From positions 28,774,437 through 28,838,436 of the forward strand of contig NC_092672.1 of NCBI RefSeq assembly GCF_964355755.1: a stretch of DNA of 64,000 bases, written 5' to 3'. Numbering within the stretch: the stretch's first letter is position 1; every line of letters begins with the position of its first letter. This document shows, piece after piece, positions 1-13,300 of the stretch. Both the position numbers and the translations under genes were made by a program. The notes below the pieces were generated by a model. It made no database searches. It worked only from the letters and a program-made list of their open reading frames with translations, and was not told the origin of the DNA. Source of the stretch: Antedon mediterranea (taxonomy: Eukaryota; Animalia; Echinodermata).

Positions 1-280
1 AGTAGGTCTACTGTAGTAAGTACTTTGAAAGACGGTGTTCTCTTAACTCATGAAAATGAGAACTTTCCGAACTTGTCTCATATGCAACATCAAAGAGGCC
101 AACGAAAGAATGCTACTTTACATCAAAAATATTTCCAAATGGCATCTAACAATTCAATTCAACTTTTATTTCAGACAATTGTCCATATGGTATAATTAAT
201 ACATTACAAAAAAAAAAAGAAAAGATGAAGGAGAGAGGACCAAAACTTTTATATAACGATTGACACATCACAGTTTAGCA

Positions 281-948
281 AACAAGTCGGCATAGATGAG
301 CTCAGTGATTGCTGTTTCTCAGTGATCTGTCATATTTTACGCCTATCCTATCACATCAAAAGTCAAAAATTCAGAATAATAAATTCCTGGTCATTTTTGC
401 ATTAAGTGTCATTTATTTCGGTAAAACAAATTAGGTGCATTTATACCAATGTAAACCACATACAGTATGTTCACATAATTATATATGTCAAAGGTTAAAA
501 ATTGTCTTTCCAGTCATTTTATGTGAAAATGTTTCATTACTACAAATATAAATGTCTCTATTCTGAACAAAATCACACCAAAATCGATTGAAAATGATCA
601 GTAGTTACCGAGATATACAGATAAGAGGTCAAAGGTCAAACTGGAAGAAACGTCATTTCCGGTCATTTTTTGACGAAACTTTTCATTAGAGCAAATAGAA
701 ATATGTGGTTTGTGAACAATTTAACACCAGAATCAAGTCTCTACTGTTTATAGTTGCCAAGATATGAACACTTTTTGTTTTTATGGTGGCCATTTTGAAA
801 TCAAGATGGCCGCCATACCGGACGTTGGACACTTGGCACCCCCCGATATTTTTAATCTATATACATCAAAGAAACTTTGTGGCAAGTTTCATGCTTTGGT
901 AATAAAGTGCACAACTTGGCTATTTTTATGGCCTTAACTGCTCTACTA
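281..948. mobile_element. Non-autonomous interspersed repeat, probably Helentron/HINE-type
   Basis: Internal repeated units (gtcaaaggtcaaa, acaccaaaatc, caagatggccgcc, aagtttcatgcttt) and an AACAAG start like the HINE-type elements at 19642 and 32849. Confidence 0.4.
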
Positions 949-982
949 GAAGCAAAAAATTCAGGAACTAGAATTCGTCGCA

Positions 983-1078
983 AAGAGGGAGATATGAAAG
1001 ATGTAAACATGAATACGCATGCGTATAAGCTGATGTTTTCGATTCACGCAAACAAATTCGCCATATTGTAAATCGGCT
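983..1078. mobile_element. Right-half relic of the 33254-33412 MITE family
   Basis: atgtaaacatgaatacgcatgcgta...ttcgattcacgcaaacaaattcgcc...aaatcggct-TAA aligns with 33335-33415. Confidence 0.7.
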
Positions 1079-1297
1079 TAAAGTCGCTTCTCGCAACATT
1101 TCTTTTCTTCTTCGGAGCAATTGCCTGTAATTACTGTCTCAAGCTCATATTGTCAACAATCATTGTATTCATTAACTTTTGGATGAAGATCATGAACAAT
1201 CGTTCACACCTGCCGCAATCTGCATAGACGAGTATTTTTCATATATGTTTCATAGATTAAATTGTTATTGTTTTAAACAACAATAGATAGTTAGAAC

Positions 1298-1352
1298 ATG
1301 GTGCCTCCTCGTTTGATTTTATTATTCTTCATCTTTACACATTGGAAATATG
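1298..1352 (+). CDS. PKHD1L1: PKHD1L1-like exon 1 (signal peptide)
   Basis: [21 protein letters not shown], donor G|gtaagt, phase 1. Confidence 0.8.
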
Positions 1353-4300
1353 GTAAGTTATAGATTTGTTTATTTATTTTTGTTAATGTTTTGCGTTCGT
1401 AGGCTTAGAATTGTATTTTACTTTATAAATTAAAGATATATAAGTTTTAATAAATTTAATCACTTCCGTAGAAAGTTGATAATTATTATGTTACATTAAA
1501 ATGGCATATTCAACACAAGGGGGACAATACATTATTATTACCCTCAACCATACGATCATATACGGAATTTGGTTATTAATTAATATACTAAACAGAATAA
1601 AACACCTGATAATCTCCTAGAATCGACGTTTCAACATCCTCAATTTAAAAAAAAAATAATATTCACTTACAAAAAAAATATGATTAGGTCTAATTAAGGA
1701 GGAAAGGAAAACATCATAATACCATGCACAATTTTTAAAAGCGGAAATTAATTATTATTAGTTAATTACTATGCAAACTGGTTTGAATGTTTTTTTTCTT
1801 CAAATATTCTTGTTTGTGTCGGTCACCATATCAACATAGTATTTGTTTACTGTATCACCATGACGAAATCTTCAGATTGGTAATATAAATCGTGCTTGAC
1901 ATAAGGCCTATTGTAGAAGTTGACAAAGTTCACCATCGGGGGATAATACTTTGTGCATTTCCGTAATACATATACAGGTACCTTGTAAAGTGAACAAGAA
2001 GTTAAAAAACTTCAAACTGCACAGACATCGTAAAACTAAAATACATAACAACACACATACATACCATATACTCATATAGGCCAACTATAACTCTATATAA
2101 TTAACTAGCTATTATAACAGAATACATTTTGTGTTTTGTAATTGTTTACTACACAAAAAAACAGTAGTAATACATAGTAGGCTATTATAAATTGCTGATA
2201 ATGTAATAATAATCCAATTCAACATGATTATGCATGCTTCGAAATGTACAACAATTCTATTATTAAAAGCGATACTATTATTCAATTGTTAATTCATTTC
2301 ATTTCATTCATTTCGTCTTTTTATAAATAATAACAAACCAACAGGTCACAAGGTACAGAGCACGTTTGGGGGTAGACGGGATTTTCAAAAAGTGAAACAA
2401 AAACACTAACAAGTGACCCATGCCCCTAAAGTGTGAAAATGAAATAAACTTAGGCCTAAATACAGAAAAAGTAACACAAATAATCGCTTAATTATTCTGT
2501 TGTGATAAACAGAAACAAGAAGCGTTTGTGAAGGGAATTATGCCCGTCTCATGCTGTTTTAATTTGGATGATTTCCTAAAATCCTGTAGATGTTTGTATA
2601 CCGCGTTGGTCTGTCTTTTTTCACCTTTTTAAGAAGGCGTGGGCGGCGGTATGTTAGACAATTTGACTATAATTCATCAAAGAGTACAGCCGTGGTAGAA
2701 AACAAGTTTTAGTAAACGTATATCCATGTAAACTTCATACCAATGTGACACTAAAAACAGCGAAACTTTGACAAAGCACGATTATCCGATTGTAAAATCG
2801 TACTTCATCTATAATTATAGGGGCGTGTTTCCACTGAACAACTTAAATCACCTTATTAATCTTGTTTAAGAATCAAATATTCCTCCTGAGCTATAGCGAT
2901 TGATTGAAACACATTAAAATAACGCCATTCAAATACAAACACAACACACAACTTGTATTACCAATATTACACACATAGCCTATGATAAAGTCTGATGTAT
3001 ATTTTTTTTAAAGGAGCAGCTGAATCCAAAATTAATAAGATATCGCCAAGAAGTGGAAGTTATCGAGGCGCAACACGAATAACCATATATGGAAATGGTA
3101 ATTTATTTTTTATTTATTATCATTTGTAGCAATCACTATTTACATGCATGTGTCTGCTGCAAAAAATATATAGCGGTATAGAGTTAAGTCGTATGCGCTT
3201 TGTTACTAGTGCGTGTGAACATGTAGGCCACCGCTAAAGTCATACCCGTGTTGAGACGTGAAATGTGCAAAAAGTCACATTTGTGCAAACAACCACATTT
3301 GTGCAAACATACTGCCCTCAAACAAACTCGTTGATTAAAAATGATAACCTAATTCTAAACAGTCACGGGGTTTTCTAACAATGATTTCAAGACTTACATA
3401 TTTAATTGTAGTAATACAGGCTGAAATAATCTGTTTTGAGAAAAACACACAATCATGTACGGGGATGCAGGACTGACACGTAGTCGCTGCTTGCGGAGAT
3501 TGTAACTTCCAGTCCGTTATTTTAAATGAAATTCACAAAACATAATTAACTGAGTTCATTAGATTTTATACTATGTTTTATTGTTTGTAAAATGTATTTC
3601 TGTTATGTGCGATTTGAACTATTTTAAATTGTGAGGACTTTCTTGCGCAAATTGAATCAATATTTAAATTGCGCAGAAAATTTCGAACAGCGCATAGTAT
3701 TTTCAGTATTTGATAAAACCAAAGCTCATATAAATCCGTATACATTTATAAAAAAATGCAGGTAAAAGAATAAAACATTAATTCTTTAAAATTACACAAA
3801 GCTGTGCAGATTCAAATTGCTCAACATCTTCGCTAACCCCCAACCCTAACCTAACGCATATTTACATTTATACCATATTTATCTATATACTGTACCTACT
3901 TTATTATTTTCCTGTTAATTAATGTTGTTAAGAGAAAACGATTTACACATTTGTAGAATTTCATTGGCACATTTAACGTCAAAACTGATAGTTTTTGTTA
4001 TATTTAACGGTGTGATGTTTGCACATTAGTTGATTATACATTTTTACAGATTTGCACATTTGAGGGCACCATGTTTGCAAAAATGTGGTTGTTTGCACAT
4101 TTGAGGGCAACGTGCTGCTGGATATCGTATTGATATTCGTTCGTATTCCTTTCCTTTTATAAAGATTATAATAGATAACTTATTTTTATATCTGAATGCT
4201 GTTGTATGCTTGACTGCAGTATGTAATTTGAGCACATCACACTTTTTTTGTCAAACCACTTTAGGTTTTAGTCCTGATCAATTTAGTTATGGCTATGGCA

Positions 4301-7300
4301 ATGAAAACAAAGGTAATCGTGTTTATTTACGATCAACCACAGCGACTGTAGAGTGTGACGTCATCGCATATTGGACAACAGAAAAGAGAATTTACTGTGA
4401 TACAAGGTATAGGTTTGCAATTATAATAGCATTTCCATTTCTGTATCGCTATTTATGATATAATTAGCTTCATTTAGAGATGATTCTAATGAATTATATA
4501 TTAAATAATTTAAATTATTAGCAATTGTATTACTTATCTATAGAGTTTTTTAAAACTTTTGTGGAAATGTTCGCTTAAGCTTGGATCCCACTAGAACGCA
4601 ACGCAAGGACGTAAGCCCAACGCAACCGAATTGACCAATGACAAGCGACAGTTCGGATAATCTATCGCTTGTGATTTGGTCAAGTTGCTTACGTTGAGCT
4701 TACGTTCTTCCGAGTTTAACAAATCCTATTACTACTATAGATTTATTGATCGGTTAGTGTTTTTTTTTTATATTCGTTATTTTTAAGTTATTTGTTGCCA
4801 ATAACTAAATATCACAAGTTTGTAAATTACAAAAACGATGAAGCAAACAATGTATGTAAACGAGTTGTGGTTTTTGTTATTTTTAGAGCTGCAACTCCCG
4901 GTAAATATACTATTTACCTTGAAATCGATGGGAAAGAAGTTGATAAATATTGCTTGAGATTTGAAAATAGATGCAAATTTGAGGTAGGAAAGTAGTTTAG
5001 CTTAGCCTAATGATACTTTATTAATGTAACGTTATCTAATTGTACAGGCAATAAATAAGTTATTAAACATAAAGTATGCCTACCGTTATCAGCTTGGTGG
5101 TGGTTTATAGTGTTCTTCAATCTAAACAGGTTGTGACAAACCTAGGCCTACGTAATATCTCTATTAATTTCTTATTCCTAACCAGTACACAAGTAGCAAA
5201 ACACCAACAATAAAAAGTGTCTCGCCACGATCTGGAACTCCAGGTAAGTTCGAAATTCCATTTCTGGTAGGCCTAAAGCTTTGTCTACACTATCAAACTT
5301 AAAGTGTCAAAAAATGTGATGTGCCCATATGGACATGATGATGTCATATCACTACCATATTTAAGCATAGCACTACCATATATATGGGCACATCAAACTT
5401 TGTTTACACATAAAGTTTGATAGTGTAGACAAGGCTTATAGCTTCCTTTATGAATTTTTGTTTAAACAATAGAGGAAGTATGAAGATAATGAAGAAACAA
5501 CGAATGTAGATCAAGGGACCACGCACAGCACCCAATAAACAGAATACTGCCAGTGTTATGCTATACAACTATCAAACGCGTAAAAATAAGTCATTTTAGA
5601 CACTGCGCATGCTCATAACAAAATCTAATTTTTAAGCGTTATTGTACTTGGCATTGACCTTCATGTTTTATATATAACAATTATAGTAATAATAATAATA
5701 ACTAAAAAAGTAACTAATGTATTAAACCTATTTTGTCGTTAGTGGGTAAACAAATAATATTCTTACTTTGGTTCTTTTTTTATAGATACCAGATTGAATA
5801 TATATGGGTACATTTTATCTGATATTGTTACACCCAGTCAAACTCAATCAGATGATTATAGAGATTCTAATACCGCAGTTGAAATTCAAAGGTAAGCTAT
5901 TACTATTATTAAAGGATAACGGGCGTGTGAAAAATATCGTATAATGAAAAAGGATAAATTTTTTTGTACTTTGCACATTCTTATGAACTATAATGTATTG
6001 CTGTAAACATCAATTCGTATTTGTGTAAGTAACTATTGCGAGAAATAATATGTTGTGTGCATTTAAAGTAATGATCTATTAAAACCTTGTAGAATAAAAA
6101 TAACTCAATAAAATAGTAAATTAATATCAATATTATAATATGTGCAAAGATTTGCGTGTATGGATACATGATGTACAGTCCATTACATGCGGACCTCTAC
6201 AGTACAGTTCGTTTTTATATTTATATTTATTGATGCCTATCCTTTTACACTTCTATAATTTCTATAATTAAAAAATTATTATGATTAATGTTGATAAATG
6301 AGTAAATGATTATAGCTATGTATTGATTATGTACAATAATTTTTTTATTATGCATTATATACATGATATTATTGAATGAAATTGAATAAAAGTGGTGCTT
6401 GCCACAACAAGAAAAAAAATGAAAAAGACAACGAACAGACGACTGTCTATCATATGTATGTTCAATGGTCTGAGAATCTTAGATTAGTAGGCCCTACCCC
6501 ATATATGCTGTCTGTGCACAGAGGCTTATCTAGGCTAGACTACTAGTTATAGCTACTATATTTCTTTAATCCAAAGTAAAGCATCAGGAAAGTATCCAAT
6601 ACATTATGGCTAGAGTCAACGACGGTGGTTCATTTCAGTCTAAATTTATTTATTTTTTTTTTATTTTAAGGATATATATGGGATCCAGCATTTGTGACCC
6701 TATTGACCAAGAAACAGGAACTGTGTAAGTATACTGTATAATCATCGCCTACCAATCATTCGGATCAACACTCGATAGCTAGATCAATTCGGCATCGATC
6801 GAATTAACCAGGTTGTGTGACTCGTTCATTACCAAGATTGTTTTTTTCTCTTTCGAGTGAAAATTACTAAGCTAGCTGAGCCATAATAATACAAAGTACC
6901 GTTTCCCTTAGGTATGGCATTGACAAAAAACAAAGTGGTTGGGGAAGCATTATTTGTAAGCCAAACAGCACAGTAGTTGGTAAGTATCTAATAATCTTAA
7001 TAGAAAGCATTTACATTGGTTTAAGCTTGGTTCCCATTAAAGGCTAATTTACACATGCGAGGTGTAACGGTAAGCGGAAAACCGCGTAGCTTGCGGATGG
7101 TTTTCCGCTCAAACGCCCGCTCTGCGTTTTTTGTAAAATATTCGTAGGAAATAACATAACATTTTATGTTTTAGTTTTCCGCTTCCTTTAACCGCCCATC
7201 GTTACCGCTTGTATCTGTAAATTGGCCGTAAGGCGATACGTAAGGACGTAAACGCGACTAATTTGATTAATCACGACGCGATGGATCAAAATCAATCATA

Positions 7301-10300
7301 GTTTCGTTCTAGTGGAAATTATTAAAAACGTTGACACTCCATGTGTACAGTATTTTGAAGCTGAACTTCTTGCCCTTTCTAAGGATTATTATACCATAAT
7401 ATGGTAGACTTGTAATTAGTTCATTTAAGTATAATTACTTGTACTAGCCTCTTAGAAATGTAGACGATGCTTCTCGGAATGATAATGACTCGGGTATCAA
7501 GGATTTCTGGCATGTTGTGTATAAATAAGGAAGGGTGTTTATTGGAATGCTTGGAAAATAAAAGTTTGTTTGTTTGTTTGTTTGTTTTATCTTTATACTG
7601 GGTGACCTCTTCAGTCAAAGACTGATCTCCCAGAGGGCCCAGTTGGTGATCAGTGGCTGTGATGTACTAGTACACCGGGGTAACCCCCTACTCGTCTCGA
7701 AAGATGTACTAGGTTCTTTAAAGTGCACACGAGCAAGTTGTGTACACTGGACCTACGGTTTATAGTCCTTATCCGAGAAGACTCGTTCTACCACCAGAAC
7801 CATGGAGTGAGTGAGCCTCGAACCCCTGCCGATGTTATGCTACGTGATTACGGTTCCACTGTCTTAACCGCTCGGCCACTCACTCACTTTTGGAATCGAA
7901 CAATATACCAATATGCTTATGGTATTGGCTTTTGTCCAAGTTCTGATTATTAATTTGATATAAGTGTAATGGTAATGGTAATGGTTAGGAGTTAAATCGT
8001 AAAACTTGATGTATATGCGCTATCATTGTCATTGTAACATGGTGGGACCAAACCCTATTAGCAAAGAACTTATAACACAAGAATCTCCTGTTCGTCCGAA
8101 GCGCGTAACAATTTCGAAAGGCATTGTGGGATAGAATAGAGCTATGGGTGGCGCCATTGTGAGCCATGGAGTAGGGCGCCCGCATCAAATTAGAAAGTCA
8201 AAATCATAGAGGGGATCTACTAATGCTCTAGGGGGTATAGAGTAATTGACTGAGGAGTAGGGCGCCCGCATCAAATTAGAAAGTCAAAATCATAGAGGGG
8301 ATCTGCTAATACTCTAGGGGGGTAGAGTAATTGACTTCCTAGTTTGGAGGGGGCGCTGCTCCATGCGGTGAAATGGCGTCGCCCAGTTTGACCTTTTAAC
8401 CCTGTACTTCCGATACTGTGTTTTGAATGCAAATTGAAGAACAGGAGATTCTTGTGTTATAAGTTCTTTGCTATTAGTCACACAGGCTATTCACCCCTTA
8501 CTCTCCCCGATGCCTACTTAACTTGGAACACTACATTCCTGAGGTGGGTCTTCCAAGGAAAGTCAATCAGGATGTGGTACCATTTAATTAGTCATCCTTC
8601 CTGTCCCCTTAATATAAATATATGTTTTGTAGTTAAGTTAGTTAGTTCGGGTATTGATTCTTGAGACTATAACATCAGTCAGAATCACTACGTTTCACAT
8701 TGTTTTATAATATTACTTTTTGATTGAATAAATATTATATTTTGTACATTGAATAATTGTGTGCCATCGTTATTGTCTTGGCCCTCGACACCACTACCGT
8801 TACAGTCATATTGTATTACAGACGGAGAGTGCTGGAATATTTTCTTGTTGTATTCACCCAAGACCGAAAGCGCTTTGGATTTTTACCCATATGTTAACTG
8901 AGAATGAATGAATGAATGAATATACTTTTTGTGCTTTAATCTACACATTTTTTTTGAATTACTTCTCGCCATCCTAAAATTTTCTATAACATCCTCATTC
9001 CATATAATTTCAAGCAAGTTAAAATCCCCGAGGAGAATAACGTCATGTGTACGAGAGTCAAACTTGTATTGCATGTTTTCAATGGCTTTTGTTGTGAAAT
9101 CGAGTGAAACTCGGGGAGGTGTTGGGCGTTTTTATTCAAATAAATACCATCATATTTGGTATAATTAATACACTATTTAGTTTAAACATCTTTTGAAACT
9201 AACTTCTGCAACACAGTGGGCCGTTTAGACCTAAAAAATGAAACTTTTTAGACGGCTTGCAACATGGGAAAAATATCCCAGGGTCCTATCCTAACGGGAC
9301 ACAGATAGCGCACAGTTATACAGTCCTGCCAGTTTACTCAGAAATTCGGCTATCGGGGTTTTACTACTCGATTTCAAACAAATGGTCTTATCATCAGTTC
9401 TCCCGAAGTAATTCTATATACTATTCCCCACAATATACTCCGATGCTTTATGAATATATTTAATTTGATCTTTATTAATGTGTAGTAGACAAAGAGAAGA
9501 GGGGGAAGAAAACATAATGGGAACATTTGGATTAGGAGAAAGGAACAAGAGAGGAGTTAGAATGGTAGATCGAATTTGCAATGAAACACAACCTAAATGT
9601 GGCAAATACGTATTTCAAAAAACACAAAACTAGGTACTGGACTTGGAAGAGTCCCAACAGAAAACACAAAAACCAGATTGACTACATACTAAGCAACCAG
9701 CGGGGAATAATTCAGAATTGTGAAGTAATAACCAGTGTAGATATTGCAAGTGACCATAGAATGGTCAGGGCAACTCTCAAAATCAACAAAAGACTAGCCA
9801 GGCTGAAGTTTATCCAAAATAAAAAGAAGAGAAGAATTAACATCATGAAGTTGAAAGAGAATAGAGAGGAATTTCAACTAAAAATAAAAAACCGCTTCGC
9901 AGGGTTGGAGTTGGAAGAGTCGGATATTGATGAGCAATGTAATATGGTGACAACCATTATGTTAGAAGAAGCCAGAGCTGTAGCTCCAGCAGAAAAAATA
10001 AAGGTCCAAAGATCGGAGGAGGATAAAGAAATAGAGGAGTTAGATCAAAGAAGGAAAGAACTTAGATTAAAAGAAACAATGTCTGTACATGAAAAGGTGG
10101 AATATGCTGAAGTAGTGAAAACAGTGAAGAAGAAGCGCAGACAAAGAAAGAGGCGGAGAACTGCTAAATTCATCTTAGAATCACTGGAAAGAAGAAGGGG
10201 GGCCAAAGACAATACAAAAACAAAGCAATGCAAAAAATCTACAATGAGTAAACTAAAGAAAAAAGATGGAACAGAAACCTCAAAGAGATCTGAACTGCTA

Positions 10301-13300
10301 AGATATTTGTGCAGATTTCTACCAAGATCTCTACAAATCATCAACCCAACAGTCTGAACATATAAACATTTCATCAAGAAATACAGATATACCACCGATA
10401 CTGGAAAAAGAAGTGGAGGAAGCATTAAAGAGCATGAAGGATGATAAAGCACCAGGAAACGATGAACTTACAAGCGACATCATCAAGCATGGAGGGGAGG
10501 AGATAATCCAACAGCTAATAAAACTTTTCAACCAAATCTTAGTGATACAGAAGATACCAAGAGCATGGAAAGAAGCCAAGATCATTCTTTTGTTCAAGAA
10601 AGGGGACAAAGCAGATGTTAAAAACTACCGTCCCATTAGCCTCTTGTCTCATCTGTACAAAATCTTCACTAAAATAATCCATAACAGAATAAGAGATGTT
10701 TTAGACAACAACCAACCTAGAGAACAAGCAGGTTTCAGAGCAGGGTACTCGACAATAGATCATCTACAAGCAATAAACCAGCTAATTGAAAAGGCAAGTG
10801 AATACCAACTCAAACTCTGTCTTGGCTTTGTGGATTACCAAAAGGCTTTCGATTCTATTGATCATTTGGATATGTTTGAGGCGCTCCGAAAAATAAATGT
10901 TGATGAAGGTTACGTCAGAATCATAGAAGATATCTACACTGATGCAATAGCCAGAATCCATATTGATAATGATATATCAAGAGAGGTTCATATACAGAGG
11001 GGGGTACGACAAGGTGATACTCTGTCCCCAAAGATATTCACAGCAACCATCGAAGAAGTATTCAAAAAGGCTCAGCTTAATGGAGGTATAACTATTGATG
11101 GAGAAATGCTTACAGACCTCCGTTTTGCGGATGACGTGGCATTGATTTCAACATCAGTTGCAGATATGAAAAACCAACTCTCAAGTCTGAATAAGGAGAG
11201 TAAATCAATCGGACTAACTATGCACAAAGACAAAACAAAATACATGACTAACTTTGACACACATGAATACATTGAAATAGAGGGCCGGAAACTAGAAAAA
11301 GTGGAAGAATTTAAATATCTAGGACAAACACTGAAAATGGAAGACACCACGAAGGAAGAAGTTATGTTAAGAATAAAAGCAGGATGGATGAATTTTGGCA
11401 GACACAAACACATGTTGACTGACAAGAGTATACCAATGTCACTGAGAAAGAAATTATTTAACCATTGTGTGCTATCAATTATGACATATGGTTCAGAGAC
11501 ATGGGCAATAACAAAGGAACTTGAACAGAAACTTACAACTACTCAAAGAGCAATGGAAAGGAAGATGATGAACTTATCGCTTCGAGACAGGGTAAATCAT
11601 ACAATCATAAGAAAAAAGACAGGTGTTACAGATATAATGGAGAAAGTAAGACACTCCAAATGGAGATGGGCTGGGCATGTGGCGAGATTTCAAGATAATA
11701 GATGGACATACAGATTAACAGAATGGCAACCAAGGGTAGGAAAGAGGAAAAGAGGAAGACAAAAAGAAGGTGGAGAGATGATCTAACAACATACATTGGA
11801 ACGGCTGCATGGACTAGGACAGCAAGAATTAGACAGAAATGGAAATGTTATGAGGAGGGCTTCATTCAACAATGGATGAACTAATTGCCTAGATAGAATC
11901 TGTAGTATAATTGTTATTTTGCTAACTACTGTACCTTCACACGCGCGGTCCGAAAATAAACAAAAAAACTAAAATGGCAATGGCAATCGAACGGGTCCAG
12001 AAACGTGCCTGTAGATTTGTTTTGGGTAGGAATTATACTGGTTATGACGATGCTTTGGTCACGTTGCGCCTGGATGGTCTGATTCACAGGCGTCGGGACC
12101 TATGTATTGCCTTTGCTAAATCCATCTTGAACCATCATTCTAAATTGTTCTCACTTCTTCCTTCCAGGGGTAATGTTGTGCACAAATACAACACCCGCAA
12201 TGCCGATAGGATTCGCAATGTCAATTGTAATACTGTGCGTCATAGTAACAGTCCTCTACCTTATTTGATTAACTTAATTGACGAATTTAACTTGTGAGTT
12301 GCGCCCTTCGTTCCCTTTTTTAATTGGTATCACTTGTTTTAATGTTATCATGAAATGCAATTCAGCTTGGGACGCATGCGTCTCTATATATGCTGCTATA
12401 TTTTATGGATATTTTGTAAGTTTGTTGTTTCATTTTTTTGAATAAAGATATACCAGTCAATATAATATCTTCTAGATAGAAATATGGAAAAATATCGTAA
12501 TAGTGAGAACTATATTAAATCTACGTTTCGCGGTACATCATCTGAAATAGATGAGGTAGGTATCCAAGGCGGATATTTGTTCTGAAGTGTTTCCATTGTG
12601 CTCACCTATGTCAGAATTAAGCATAATTTGTTATATAGATTCATTGCTTTTATCAGCCACTGAGTTTATCAATTATCGATATTCGTTTTCAATTGTACTA
12701 AGGCCTTGTTTGTGAAATCTCAAAATGTAGAAAATTCTTGCACATTTTTTTTTTTCAGATTCGAAGAACATTACGTTCCTTGTGTCATCTGGGTATGGTC
12801 GTTCATACACTGAGTCAGGGGCGTATTCTGTTAGCTTTAAAGGAGAGCTTTATTTGTTTCAACTACACGCTGGTAAGATCATGATATATAAAGACTTGAC
12901 TTTGAAAGTTTCACTAATTTAAAGCTCAATACTACTACAAAGCAGTATAAATAAATTAAAGCAAAATCACAAAGTAGCTATAGTAAAAACAGTAAAGCAA
13001 ATGAAGCTAAAAACACAAACAGATTAACATTATTAAGGAAATAGGTAAACAAAAATTAATAAAGTTGGAGATGGTATTATTGGTTTGTCATAAGTAAGTT
13101 GTGACGTCAATTTGATTGTGTTAACGTCATTTTACAAGTAATGTGTCAAACATACCGGCATGATATAACCAAGTACAAGAATCATGTGAAGATCTTTCAA
13201 TCAATCAATAGAGTGTATATGTGTTATCTATATTAATTAGTCATTGTTAGTTTACGACCTCGGTGAAATAATAGGCATAGGTCCCACAGTATATTTTAGT

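Noticed and set aside
8700-8925. Possible SINE/L2 3' tail ending in (GAAT)n
   Set aside because: Only the tail and an aagcgctttgga motif are visible; not enough to assign boundaries or a family.
10045-11425. Minus-strand ORFs of 92-135 aa
   Set aside because: Antisense shadows of the RTE reverse transcriptase ORF.
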